Made by a program: the position numbers and the translations under genes
In this document: positions 39,858 through 52,600 of the stretch, in pieces
How the letters are laid out: each line of letters starts with the position of its first letter
Numbering within the stretch: position 1 is the first letter of the stretch
Notes under the pieces: generated by a model
What the model was told of the DNA's origin: nothing
What the model saw: only the letters and a program-made list of their open reading frames with translations
The model's database searches: none
Assembly: GCA_036172245.1 (NCBI GenBank)
Contig: JAYWIR010000001.1
Span: 7,750,001-7,814,000 of the forward strand
Length of the DNA: 64,000 nucleotides
Reading direction: 5' to 3'
Origin: Raillietiella orientalis
Taxonomy: Eukaryota

Positions 39858-40555
39858 GCAGAAACTCCTGTTTCCATGGTGTAGGGATTCTAAAGATGAA
39901 TGCGGGCAGCAGAAGATACCCGCGACTGCCCTTACCCCGTCCACCTCTAAACCATATAGGATGGCTGACTCCCACTCGGAGAAGCTGTTTGCATCGGATA
40001 TGACCTGCAGAATGGTCCGTGGTCCTTCACATTCTTCCCTGGTGCGTCCGCTTTCAAGGTTTTCTGTTCAAAATGGGGACTGCCGCCCGCATTCCAGCAG
40101 CAACTTTAGCCGGCCTAGCGTGCTCTCCTCGAGATAAACCGCGGAATCTTCAACTGGGCAGAAGGAAAGGGTGCCTTCCGGGAGGAGTAAAGTGAAAAAA
40201 CAGCTGGAGGTCATCCTGCCCCGGTCTGCGTAGAGATGCGACAGGAGTCCAGGGAAGCGCGTCTCGAGATCGAGATCGAAAGCTGCCCTACGAGGCAGCC
40301 CCCTCCCCCCTGCCTTGACTTTGACGGCGCGTCTCGGAAAACAGATCGAGCGCAACCTCTTCGCGCGATGCTCCAGAAGGGTCTTATTTATCGGCCAAGT
40401 GTTTTATAAACACAGAAAGGACGAGGGAGCGTTGCCTCCTCGCGGAGCGAATGCTTGCAAGTCTGAGCGTACGCGCTTGCGGTGCTCGTAAACCTCGTTA
40501 GTGCTAGGGCGGCTGGGGCTCTGGTAAAGCGAAAAGTCCTTGATCGTCTGGAAGT
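39858..40555 (-). CDS. Candidate small spliced exons of an unidentified minus-strand transcript: complement(join(39858..39889,39936..40004,40473..40555))
   Basis: Three GT-AG-bounded segments splice in frame to FQTIKDFSLYQSPSRPSTNEVYEHRKR-VISDANSFSEWESAILYGLEVDG-NPYTMETGVS. Donors are gtacgc, gtaagg and gtgagt. No family is recognised. Confidence 0.3.
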
Positions 40556-43500
40556 CTGCAAACAGGAACGAACTTGTCAGTTCCGCGCGGTGCACGTGCG
40601 AGCATATGTATGATCTGGAGAGGTGCGTTTTCTGACTTTCGGAGACATCGGATAACGGGACCGCGTCTCCTAGCAACTCCGCGAAAATCACTCCGAGGTG
40701 GGCTTCCCTCCGAGGATGGCTGGCTCCTTTCGGGGATCTCGCGTGAGAGGATGAGCGTTTCGGATGTGCGGGGTTTGCCTCGGCTTCGACCGAAGGTGCG
40801 GTCCGCCGGGACGAGTGCTCAGTGTCCAGTCGGCCACACGGGCTGTCTCGCGTCGATCGCACGGCAACCTTGCCCGCTCGGCCGTAAAGAGCGCGCATTC
40901 TTTAATTGCGAACGCCTCCGTAGCGGGCCCTCGTTAAGCGAGATGTGAGGAACAAGAGGATCTTCATCTGCGCGGATGGTCATCTCGCGAGAGCGTCCGC
41001 CGACGCTGCTTTGGCCTCTTCCTCCGGTGCCATTTCACGAGCGCCTTGGCCGTGCAGGAAAACACTTTGCTATCTCCTGGAGTGTGAGACGATCGTGTGA
41101 CGCACCCCAGCCTCCTTGAATCACCGTCTGCGCGAGGTGGATCTGTTCCCTTCGGTCTGTTCTGTGCATCTTCTGGCATCAGCGTCCGAGGCAAGGCATC
41201 CATGCGAAGAAGGATTCGGATTCTTGCGCGGTAACTCTTCTGCGTTGCCTACGCGGATTTTTGCGCTTCCGGAGAGAGAAGTTGGAATCTGCAGAGTGAT
41301 CCCTCTTCTCAGACCACTGACAAGGTCTCCCCACAGTTCCCCTGGCAGTGTGCCGTCGCAGCTTCCGCCTCTTCGTGGAAGAGCACGACCAGTGATTCTT
41401 TTCCTGTCAGTAGTTGCGCGACACATGACTGTCCCGTTGTTCTGGACGAACTGTCTGGCCTCCCTCTCTTTGAATTACGAGCATTGGCTGGTCGTCGGTG
41501 GACCGTCGCTGTTTCCTTTCTTCCTCCTGTTAGTCTTCGAGGATTAGGCAACGAGGATTCCATTTCAATTGCGGTTGACCGAATTCTGCTCTTCCATGCA
41601 AAATCGCATTTCACATGTCGTGAGGCCCTTCGTTCCCTTCCCGGACTCGATCGAATAAGATGCGCGTCCAAAACACTCGAGAGAAAGGGGGTGGGGGGGC
41701 AGGGTAGAACTTCAGGTTTAAAGCCATCACGAGAAACAATCACATAACTACACAGAACCCTTGCATCGGTAGTCATGGAAACTTTTGCGAACTGCAATCA
41801 GATTTGAGCGCTGGGAGTTCGATCTGTTACCACCGTCGCCGTATGTCTTTCGTTCCGAGTGATTCCCGGCTGCACGTCGACTTAATTTTTCCTCTCCGCA
41901 TGCCTTCTAAGATGAGATTTCGTGGGCAGCATCTACGTGACTGGAAGATAAATTGGGCACAATCTTCTTCGCTCGGTCTGCTCAGCTCGTTCCCTGAAGC
42001 GCAAGGAGGCGGCGTTCAAGCGGGAGGGAATGTTGCGCGTCTCTGCCTCCGTGGTGCGCTCCGCGTACACCGTGCCGGACATCGTGCGACGCACTCTCTT
42101 CGAAACACCCGGAGCTATCGGTCTTCTCTTCGATTCTCACTCTTCTGACAGGAAAGCACAGGCGGTTGGTCCAGGGTGTGCAGTGTTTATAGTTGCATGT
42201 CGATTTTCACCTGCGGCGTGGGAAAGCTGAATCGTAGATGCGGTGGGAGAAAACTCGGCGGTTTCCCACATTTCGCTGCTCCTCGGCTTCGCGGGCACTC
42301 ATCCCGGGAACGGCTATGGAACCGTGCAACCCATGGATTAACCGAATGTTTCAAAAGATGTCAGTGGATCGCTGATGGAGGGGTCGCAGTCTCGACTCGA
42401 TTCCTTCTGATAAAAGTGAAGGACGAGAACATTAGACCCGAAAATAGAGCAGAGAGGAGGTGCAGATGCGCGGAACTCAGAGAAGGATAAGATTTTAGAT
42501 TCCAGATTAATGACGGATGAAGAACGACATCCTCTGAGGACGGTAGAGTGGAAAGAAAGGTTTTTTCGCTTCCCTGAGAGGAGTGGCGAATGTGTGTGAA
42601 AGAGGGAGATGGAATTCAATCAGCCATCAAGGCCACCGCTCTCTTGTCGAACCATTTGCTGCCATTTGCTGTTCTCTCTTTCGGGACATTCAGCTGTCAG
42701 GGAAGATGGTCTGTCCCTACTCTTCTTTTCCAATTAGTATCTTTAAACGAGTTGGATCGTTCAGTAACATCTCTCTCTCCGTGAATTTATGATTCAGAGT
42801 TGGATTAATTAAGAGGCGTCGAGCGGTTATTAATGACACGCATGCATCTTTTTTTGGAAAAGGTCTATCCCAGGCTTTGAACTTTGCAAGCACCTGCGTC
42901 TTCCATCCGTAATGACATTCTCGAATAGTCTGCACCATTCCCATTCCAGCCTGTCCCACAAATCATTATCTTTTCCTCCTCTTGCTTACAAATTGTTTTT
43001 CTTTCTTTCTCGATTCCAAGACTTCCGCTGCTGCTTGAATCCAAATCACGGATTCAAGGAACAGTATATCGTTTCAAAGGTGTGTCGAACCGGTTCGATG
43101 CCCAACGGACATCGCGGCCATCTCTCCCCGTTTCCTTCCGCGCGGTTTCCGGATGGCCTGCCTGGGGTCTCCTGGGAAGCCGCGAGGGTCCGTTGCTTCC
43201 AGAGCTCCAGAATTCGCTTCCCTGCGCCTCCGTCCCGAACGAAGACGAATCCGTCAAGCTTGTTTCCTCCACAAGGAATGCCTGAAGGATCCGACTGAGG
43301 ATCTCGGTAGTGCGGGGGAAGTTCATGGAGAAGGCCCGCCTGCCAACTTGGGCGCGGCAGCCGCTTCTTTTACGTCGTCCTTTCTTCCTGAAGAAGAGTT
43401 ATCTAGCAAGGGTTCACAGCTGTTCGCCGATTCGAACCCTTCTCTCTCCTTAGAAAAGTCACTTCTTGCAACTTTCCATACGGTAGAATGCCAGATTGCT

Positions 43501-46211
43501 TTTTGGGCTCCTGAAAAATGGCTGCCCTCTCATATCGGGAACCCTGAGTCTGTACAAAATGTACATTTAAACACATCTAGTGTTTCATTTTCGAGATTTC
43601 CCTACTGAGAGGTCCCGCCTATTGTAAGGATTTTAATCCCGCATCCCACTTTATCGAGATGTGAGAAGAAGTGCGTGAAACGGTGACTGAACTGTGTCTA
43701 GAATTTGCGAAGGGTCAGTGAAAGGGGGATGCTTTGATCGCGTCGGTTCGTCAGGATTATGTAAGGATTATTGTCGATCCTTACGTGTCATTGAATGCCA
43801 GAGTTCACGTTATTTCAATTAGCCGTATTAATTGTTCCAGCCAGGTGATGTTTTGGAATTGCATGTTGAGGGTCGATGTTTCTTCAAAGGGCGACATGAA
43901 TGCGGGAGGAGCAGCTTTGGGGAGACCGGTGGACGGTTTTATGAGCAGGGTTACCATTACTTTATTCTCTGTTATGCGGCAGCATCAGTTTGGGAGGAGG
44001 GGCAATGGGTCAATTTTGTGTACGGCAGTGGTAATTAAGTTGAGTAGCTAATTATGTTTTTGCGTGGTCTCATCAGGCTGGATTGTCTTCTGTTTCACCT
44101 TTCAAGGATAGGATGGTTCCAAACGGAATAGAATTTGAAACTGGCCGTTGCTAATGTGGGAATCGCTTAGCACGTCGGAACAATTTATCAGGTGATCTCA
44201 CCATGGGTCACCTCGTGTGGCATCCGGTCCACTGGTGCTCTTTTTCGGTGTGCACTCAGGGTAGGGGAAGGGACAGACTTGCAATCACTAACGTCTGCCT
44301 TCACCATCCACGGTTTTCTTGACAGGTTGCCATGGTGGCATCTTACACCTCCCATTCTTCTGTGGATCCTCAGTATAAGATGTTGGACTTTTAGTTTATC
44401 CTTGTGTGCAGTATTGAAGGATGAATTCAATTTATCATGATGTCATTAAGATCTTCACGAAAGTGTTGTTTTCGATAACATCGGAAGAGAGTGTCTGCTG
44501 GATGCGACGCGGCGATTTTTTTTTTTTTTTTTTTTATGATTGAAACATCGCTTTAGTTGGCCACGATTGTCTTTTTCCAGCAATCGATTGTGTACCTCCG
44601 AAAACTTCCTTCTGAATCGAAGTGTTCCTACAAGAGGACTGAAAACACCTCAAAACGGAACAAAAACGAAAACAAATGTCATAGGTCGAACTCACATTTG
44701 CATATGCCAAAACATCAGAGTTATATGCACATAACGCAGTCACTGTATTTATACGAAAATTTCTCATGTACACAACGCATCCACCTGTCTGAACGTGATG
44801 TCATATGGAACCCTTGGCTTTGCTGGCTGGAGATACCTTCAGCAAAGGGGGGGTGGGTGGGTTTCTCTCGTCCCTTAATCTTTTCCTCGTTATTCCGATA
44901 CAGAGACACAGGTTCTCTTGTGCCTGTGTGTTTCATCCAAGCTCTCCTCTAGCCTTGAGGAATTTCGGATGCCCACATCGGAAATTGTTGGGGTGCACCC
45001 AGCGGAGAAACAATCCGAGTTGACCGTGAGGCAGCTGCAAAGAGCATCTCCCTCGATTCGTCCTCAATACGTCTTCTCGTGAAAAGCGCAGGCTTCACTT
45101 TGAAATTGGTTGATGATATGAGGATCCCCCCCCCCCCCCCTTAAACCTGCAGGTCTAATCTGCGATCGCCTAAGGTGAATAGCTCAGCATCTCAATTACC
45201 TCGTCTTGGAACTAATCTCTTTTAAGAAGGATGGCGTGCAGGGATCCGAGAAACAAATAATGCAACGACGAAATGCTTCATTTGATTTTCGAATGGCCTC
45301 TCCACATCACGCCATCAGGGCACGACATCTTCCGTGCACGTATATCTCTCTCAGAGCTGGAGAGGTCTTTAACGAACGTGGATATCATGCGAAATTGATG
45401 GGAGGCATGGTGGGGAGTTTGGCGCTCTCAAGCCACAGTCATGAAAATGCAACTGGAACGCGAAAAGAGTGACCGCCTCATTCGGATTGTTTGTCCTCCG
45501 TCTCGAGATTTTTAAGTGGGACTTCGCATCTGCCAAGATCTTCCCCGTGATCTTTCAGGGAGAACGGTTCTGGCTGGTCAGAAATGTCTTTGTGATCGAG
45601 AATTTCTCTTGAAGATGCCGTCTGGACCCTGAAAAGCCACATTTCCCTCCGGCATGTATGCGAGGCGGGAGGCAAACGGGTCAACGGTACCCATCACATG
45701 TCCCTCGATTTTCGGCGGGGATCGCCACCCTGCAGCTCTGTGTTGCCCGACCAGCACTTCCCGGGAAGGAGCCAGGGGACTGTCTTTGAGAGTGAATCAG
45801 AGGGACCGTGCTTTCTCTGAACGTTGGACCGAACACACATGCGCGCGCTGACCTCCGTGTGCTGATTACATTTGCGAGCGCCCTTTCCACCGCTTTGCAC
45901 GTTTTTCAGCACACCGAGTAAACTTGCCTTCCTTCGGGAGACATCCTGGGGCGGTCGACTGGAAAATGGGGAAAAGCCTCATCCCATCCCGCTGACCTTT
46001 TAGACGGCATCCCAACTCGGACTGCTCAGACGGTTTTTTTCTTCAAAGAAAGCGATGAAACAATCGGTGCTCGAAGCCTTGCGGGATCGAGGGATCCGGG
46101 CACGTCGCCCCTTAAACAGGGGGGTGGCCGTGCAATGAGTTTTCAAAAACTCGTGCTTACTATGCTCAGCCCCCACTTTGGCTAATAAGAACTTTCTGCT
46201 GTCTTTTCCAG

Positions 46212-46284
46212 GAAGCGAGTCGTCCTCTGCATCTCCTTGCTTGCAGTCGTCATCTTGTCACCGCAGCTGAGTCTTGCTAAACAG
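46212..46284 (+). CDS. Ppn: Papilin signal-peptide exon ([25 protein letters not shown])
   Basis: Acceptor ttctgctgtcttttccag|, donor CAG|gtgcgt. It is 73 nt, phase 2 in and phase 0 out, and joins the next exon in frame. Basic n-region, hydrophobic core, and an S-L-A cleavage-type motif. Confidence 0.75.
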
Positions 46285-49200
46285 GTGCGTACGAGTGGAA
46301 AGATAGTATCGTGATCCCTCCGCTATGCAGAAGCCAACCCAACTGGGAAGAACTCCCAGACCCTTTCTCTAACTTTGACCCGGGGCCTTGCTATCTTTTA
46401 GCGTCGCGTGTACGACTCTCAAAGGAAACAGAAAAGTGCCCCCCCCCCATTTGAATCTGTAGGTCGCCCATGGTCCGCTCCGACCTGCTTCCATATATTG
46501 AGAAACCGCATCCTGGACTCGTGCGCCTGTTTGAGTTCATTCCTCCCCTCCGGTTCTTTATGCCCCAATTTCTTTTTCGGATTGTCAGGAGAGGTGGGTC
46601 CTCTTCTGTTCGTCCACTCTCATGGGTGGGTAGCTGGCGTTTATCTGCGTTGAGGACATTCCCCCCCTCCCCCCCCACACACACACATATATATATACAG
46701 TGGTACCCGGTACTCGGCGGTTTCGGACCTCGTCAGAGCTCCGTACTCGTCGCGTCTTGAAGAGAAAAAAAAATTTTGTTTCGACACTCGGCTCACGATC
46801 GGAACTCGACACACATCCCACTCATAATGAAACAAGTGAACGCTTTCGTCTCATGGTAGCTGGAGAACAGTGCCGAACACTCCCATAGAGTGCCTCCCGA
46901 ATCCTCCTTTTTTTGTGTGCTTTCTGTGCATTTTAAGCATTAGTCGCGGATCCCAAAATGTGTAGAAATGATACCACGAAGCCTAGGAAGGAACTTGTTC
47001 GGTACTCGTCTGCTTCGGCACTCGTCACGAGTTCCGGAACGACTTACCGACGAGTACCGAGGTACCATTGATATATATCTCGGGAGGTGCCGATCAAATC
47101 CCTAATGTCGACATCTCGAAAGATCGTAAAAGTATATATGTCAGTTATATATATATTAATATATACAGTATCGTATATTCATATGTATATTAATATACAC
47201 ATATGAATTTATATGCATATTGATCTTGAAAATTTTTTAACGTAACACATATTGAATAATATTAATAATACGCATGTTTTTATGATCTTCACAGTATATA
47301 TCAATCTGTATTTAAATATATGTATTAATATGTAATAAACACACATATATATGTATTTATGATCTTTCGAGATGTCGACATTTGGGGTTTGGGCGTTTGG
47401 GACTTTGAACCGAGGTTTCGGGTTCCGTTGCCAGCTAAGAACACTTTTCGGGAGCAGCCTCAAACACGGAGAAGTGGCTTTCTGCTTACGTCGACCCTCC
47501 CTGCGGTCGCAGCTGCCTCCACTTCACGGCGTGGTGGTCGTGAACGCCATGCCATCCACTGCCGTACCAGTCCTCAGTTGATCTCCTCGCCTAGCTTCAC
47601 CGATCTTCGACATTCCGTAATGGTACTCAGGCATCCTTCTACTTCGGCGCTCTTCAAGGCCGCCTTTGGAACTCTTTGCTCCCCCGCAGCTCTCCTAGAG
47701 TGCCTCCTCTGAGTCTTGCGAGAGATGCATCCTCCTGGAGCGCTTCAGGATGGGAAATGACCTTTCCGATCCGATGGGATTGCCACTACTCGGCGGCGAT
47801 TCCCCAAGGGCAGCTCTCCTCCGGATTCCTATCTCCCCCCTTCCACCCGCTCCAAGATGGCGAGATACTTTGATTTGGAATGCATCTTTTGTCGCAGAAT
47901 CCGGCGGAGACAGGGACCCCTTGGTTGTGGCTTCAGGTTTGGTTCGCGACACGCCTGCGCGATCCTTTTTCCTCCTGGGAAAAATCTTTCGATCCAATCG
48001 TTTTTTGCCTTTGGAAAAACTTCAGGGACCACAAATCTCTGGCTGCTCTTGAAAACTTTGAGCCTAAGGATTGCCGATTTCTGATTTTTACGAGAGTCGA
48101 GAGAGAAATCCTCTGCTGTGGTTGTTGTGCCACGAACTCACGGTACTTTTTTTTCCCCCGACCTCTTCCTGGATGTTTTTGTTTATGGGACAGTTCATTC
48201 GGCACTCCGCTTCCCGGTGAAGTCGTTGCTCCCGTAATCTGAGTACGCGAATCGAGCCGACGTCTCTTCAGTCCTGCCGTGAACCTGACGTTCCTCCTTT
48301 GCATATTCCTTGCCGCCCCCTTATCTAGCAAGAGATTTGTCGGGAGCTGCTCCGTTTTCTTCCCTCTCACCTGCTGGGAAGGTTCCCTTCTGGACGCTTC
48401 TGCACCGTAAATCGTCGTCTCACTGTTTTCTTGAGTGCTCTAGCTCCTCTGTTTTCCCGGATACCGGAAGTGGTGCGTCGTAGGGGATCTGCGCGCGCGT
48501 CGATGGCGGTTTCATCCAGGAGCCTCTCCTCCCTCAAGTTTCTCAGTTCCCCGTGCTAGAGGTCCCCCAGCGTCCAGACTCTGCAGGAGGCCCGAGAAAG
48601 AGCGCTTCTCCTGGGAAGACATTCACAGGACATCCTCGTTTCCGTCCCGCGCCATGTCGCTCCAGATTTCGAAGGTTGTCCGCGCGGAGCCTGAGCCACC
48701 CCTGCACGCGAAAGACAAGATACCCTCGGGGAATAATTGTGCTCTGAGGGCTGCCCCGAGCCTTCAAAACTCCAGGGGGGGGGGAGGGTGTCGGTCCCTG
48801 ATTTCTCCCTCCGCAGCCTCCGAGGAGAGAACATCCGTCTCGTAACCGGCTACTCGCGTCACGAGTAGGAGGAAACACCTCTTCTCGAAGAGCAATCATG
48901 GTCTCGCAACGTGAAGAGACCACCTACAGGCATTCTGGGGACGCGCTCTTGCATCGGGGGGCTTCCGTCATTAAACCCGAAATGGTAGGGAAACCCGTGG
49001 TCCGCGCTGCGGAAGGCCGAATTCCGATGGTCTCACAAAAGGAAATCTCTGGCGAGAGTTTCGGTGGCGAGCAGTCGTTGCTGCTTGCTCTTCGCGAGCG
49101 CCGACGCGCGTTTTCCCCGAATCCATTCGCGACTGAGTACGTTTGTCACGCATGCGCACACGTGTCTGCTTGCAGGTGAGCAAATGTACACGCGCACAAA

Positions 49201-49663
49201 GGCATGTAAATCTGTGTGCGTGTGCACCTAAACACTCGCGCACGCATGTATACGAGTGTACGTCTATGTGTATGTAAGTAAACACATACGCATACATATG
49301 TACCGAAGCCTGAGCCATGAAATCCATGGAGACTACCGGCCCGTCTCGATAACGATGACATGTAGGCATTCTGCTGCCGCCTATACACCTCTACATGTGT
49401 GTAAATGTTTATGCGTGTGTGTGTATTTGTGTGCACACACATACACTTGTGTATGTTTATACATTTGTGTGCATATGTTTATCATGTACGTGACTCATGC
49501 ACGCAAATGTGCAAATACTATACAAGTACACATATATATGTACATATGCAGGTGTACTTGTATGCGTATACTTATTATATATGTGTTTATGTGATGTAGA
49601 TAGCTCGATGGAATGATGGATACAGATTCCTGTGGTATATATACATGCATGCATGTATGTATG

Positions 49664-49694
<31 letters not shown>

Positions 49695-52600
49695 GTGTGT
49701 GTGTGTGTATGTTTGTATGTATGTATACACGAGCACACACATAAACATATATGCATACAAATATATAAATATAACATAAAATAAACTATACTGAATATAT
49801 ATAATTAAGTATTAACATGTTATATATATGTATGTCAGGTTTTATATATACCTGGCACTCCTGGAGCTTTGTTTCTTAAAGATAGTGGGAAGAAACTGAG
49901 CCAACTCGGCAGTAGACTGTGTGGAGCGGAAGGTGGTACTTACAAGAAGGGACAATAAATAGAATAAATAAATGAGGGAGGTAGGAGATGGGGACACTCG
50001 CTACCTGGGTTCCGCACGAGTCAGGGAGTTCTCTCGGGCTCCTTTCTTGCACGCGGGGCCGCATCTCGCGACCTCCCCCACCCTTGCCGACGCGCTTCTG
50101 GCAGAGCAGTGGGCAGCCGCGGGCCTTCCTCCCTGAGCTGACCGTAGAGGAGGGACGGCGGGCATTTCGGAGCCGACTGCTTCGCCAATGCCGGGGCGTC
50201 CAGCACGCTGCTCGAGAGTCTTCCGCAGACAGGAAATCTTCGGATCACATGATCCCGTACTCAAATACTCGGATGCTGCAGCTATCCCGTTCGGCCCTGG
50301 GGGAAGGCGCTTCCGAAGGAACCCTTTGTGAGGTCTCCTGCCGCAAATCGGAAGAGCGGGAGTTCTTGACTGTGAGCCGGCGCGCGGTCACCGTCCGCGT
50401 CGAACCCTCCGAGTTGAGCATCCTGCATCTCACCCTCCGTTCTCGTCCTCATTCTCTTGTGATGAGCTCAGTGATGTAACTGAAGCGGCAACAACCTCAG
50501 AAACCAATTAGCGCCAGCGCTGGCCCGAGGCGCTGCCTCTAGAAGCCAGAGCCATGAAACCCACGGAGACCACCAACCCTTCGCGTTGACGATGACAATG
50601 ACATTTAGGCATTCCACTGCCGCCTCTTCGCCTCTGTGGACTTCAGGCTTTTTCTCCTTGGGTTAACGGAAACTCTTTCTAGGGTCTTCTATTTATTTGT
50701 GTGTTTATTCATTTATCTTTTGAAAAAGGCATTTCCGTTCTCTAGGAAGCTGCATCTGGCACTCCTGGAAGATATGCTTGTAGGGACTTCTTTTTTTTTC
50801 CCGAGATCTCTTTGCCAGCCATTGCTCTTTGCAGCAGCTATGTCTTTTCCCTTTCCGTTTTCTTCCTGTCTCCCCCCCGTCCCCTGTCGCTCATGCCAGT
50901 GCGGTTGCCCCGGTTCTCCCCAGACACAAGAGCTCCCAGAGCCATCCTATGTCAGAGCCAGATCTTGGGCGTCGCCAGCAGGTGAGCGGATGCCGGGGCC
51001 ATCTCGGAAACAGCGCGCTCCACCGCGCCGTCTGAGACAGCGAGAAGAAGCGAAGCTGCGGGGAGTAACGTGGCCGTGGTGCCGTCCTCCGAAAGCGGTA
51101 GACAGGCGAAGTGGGAGATGATGGGTCGATTGTCATGGGGACGGTCGCGATGCTTTGGGACGGGGGTAGGGAGACTCTCGAAACGCTCTCTTGGACTTGT
51201 AGAACGACAGGTTCTGAAAGGAGCCGGAAGCTGGGAGTTAACCCTGCAAGAGAATCAGTCGGGCTACTGGGATAGGGAGAGATATCGGCAGGGTCTCGTC
51301 TCCAACTCCGGTAGGGAGAAAGCTCAAACCCAGATCTCCTTTTCTTCTCCCTCCTTCCCTCCTTCCTCCCGCAGTTTCCACGGCTGCAGTTCGCTCGCTC
51401 GCATGCTGCTCCCAGTGTTGCCTGATCCCGGCGCCAACCTCGCGAATGCCTCAGAGTGCTGCTGCTGCTGCCGCTGCCGCCTACGCGTTGCTTGACCCCT
51501 CCGAGGCCACGTCAAGTCCTCGTGACCTCGACCTGCGTCCTCTCCCGGCTCTGGCAAGCAGCTCGGCGCATGCGGGCCATCGCGGGAGACTCCTGCGGGC
51601 GATGCCGCTCTTGGCTTGCCGACCTTCGCCGACTGCCACCAGCAGCGCGCAACAGCCGCGCCGCTCGAGGCGATCTCCTCCTACCAGCCCGCGCGTCAGT
51701 CCGCCTGCGCGAGCAGCTACCACCCAAGTGTATCTCTTCGGCTCCACCTCCTCCCTAAGCAGCCGACTCCCACCGACACTTCGGGAACCTCCGCTCTGCG
51801 GAGTCTCCTGGAACTCCAGAAATCGGCGGCGTGTTCGGAGTCCCGAAAGCTGCAGCGGCGGCGTCTGGTCACTTTCACCAAAGGTTCCACAGAGTGCTGA
51901 TATCAGGAGGGGGAAAAAAAAAAACTGCACACTCGCGTATGTGCATTCCCTTCTGCGTTCCTAGCGGTCCAAGGAAGTCGGAGCGCTGTAGGGTAGGAGG
52001 AGGAGGAAGGACGAATCCTTCTTGTCAGCTTCCAGTCCAGGACGGGTCGTCGTCCATGCGAGCGACATTGGACTCTAGCTCAGAGGAGGCTCAAAGGAAG
52101 GGAGGAGGAGTCTAAGGGCAATTCGGGTCCTTGTGGCTCACCTGACACCCTCGAGGGAGGCAACTGACAACTCTGGAACCTCCTTCCTCTTCCTCCTCCT
52201 CCTGCTTGGAAGACCTCCAAAGATCCTCAGACCGACCATGCCTGCAGCGGACAGTGCCGTCTGCCTTTCTCTCTCCCTCTCTTCCTTGCAAGACATGCGC
52301 TCCGGAGCCCCCCCAGCCTCGGATGTCGTGGGCTGCAAGGAGGCAAGGTGCACCCTCTGTGTTCCTTGGCTGCTCAGAGCCGCCGTCCTGATTCCAGACT
52401 AGAAGAGGGGAGTGTTTCCCCCCTCGGGGTCGGGTTCTGTTGCGGTCCTGATCCCCGCCTCGCCCTTGGTCATTTCTCGGTTCAGTGACCGACCTCCCTG
52501 AAATGGAGGTCTCGCGACCTGCGCGAAGGAGAACAGGAATCTTCCGGACCTCCCGACGGAGAGCAACGGGAAGCGCAGGCTCCCTTAGGAAGTTCTAAAG

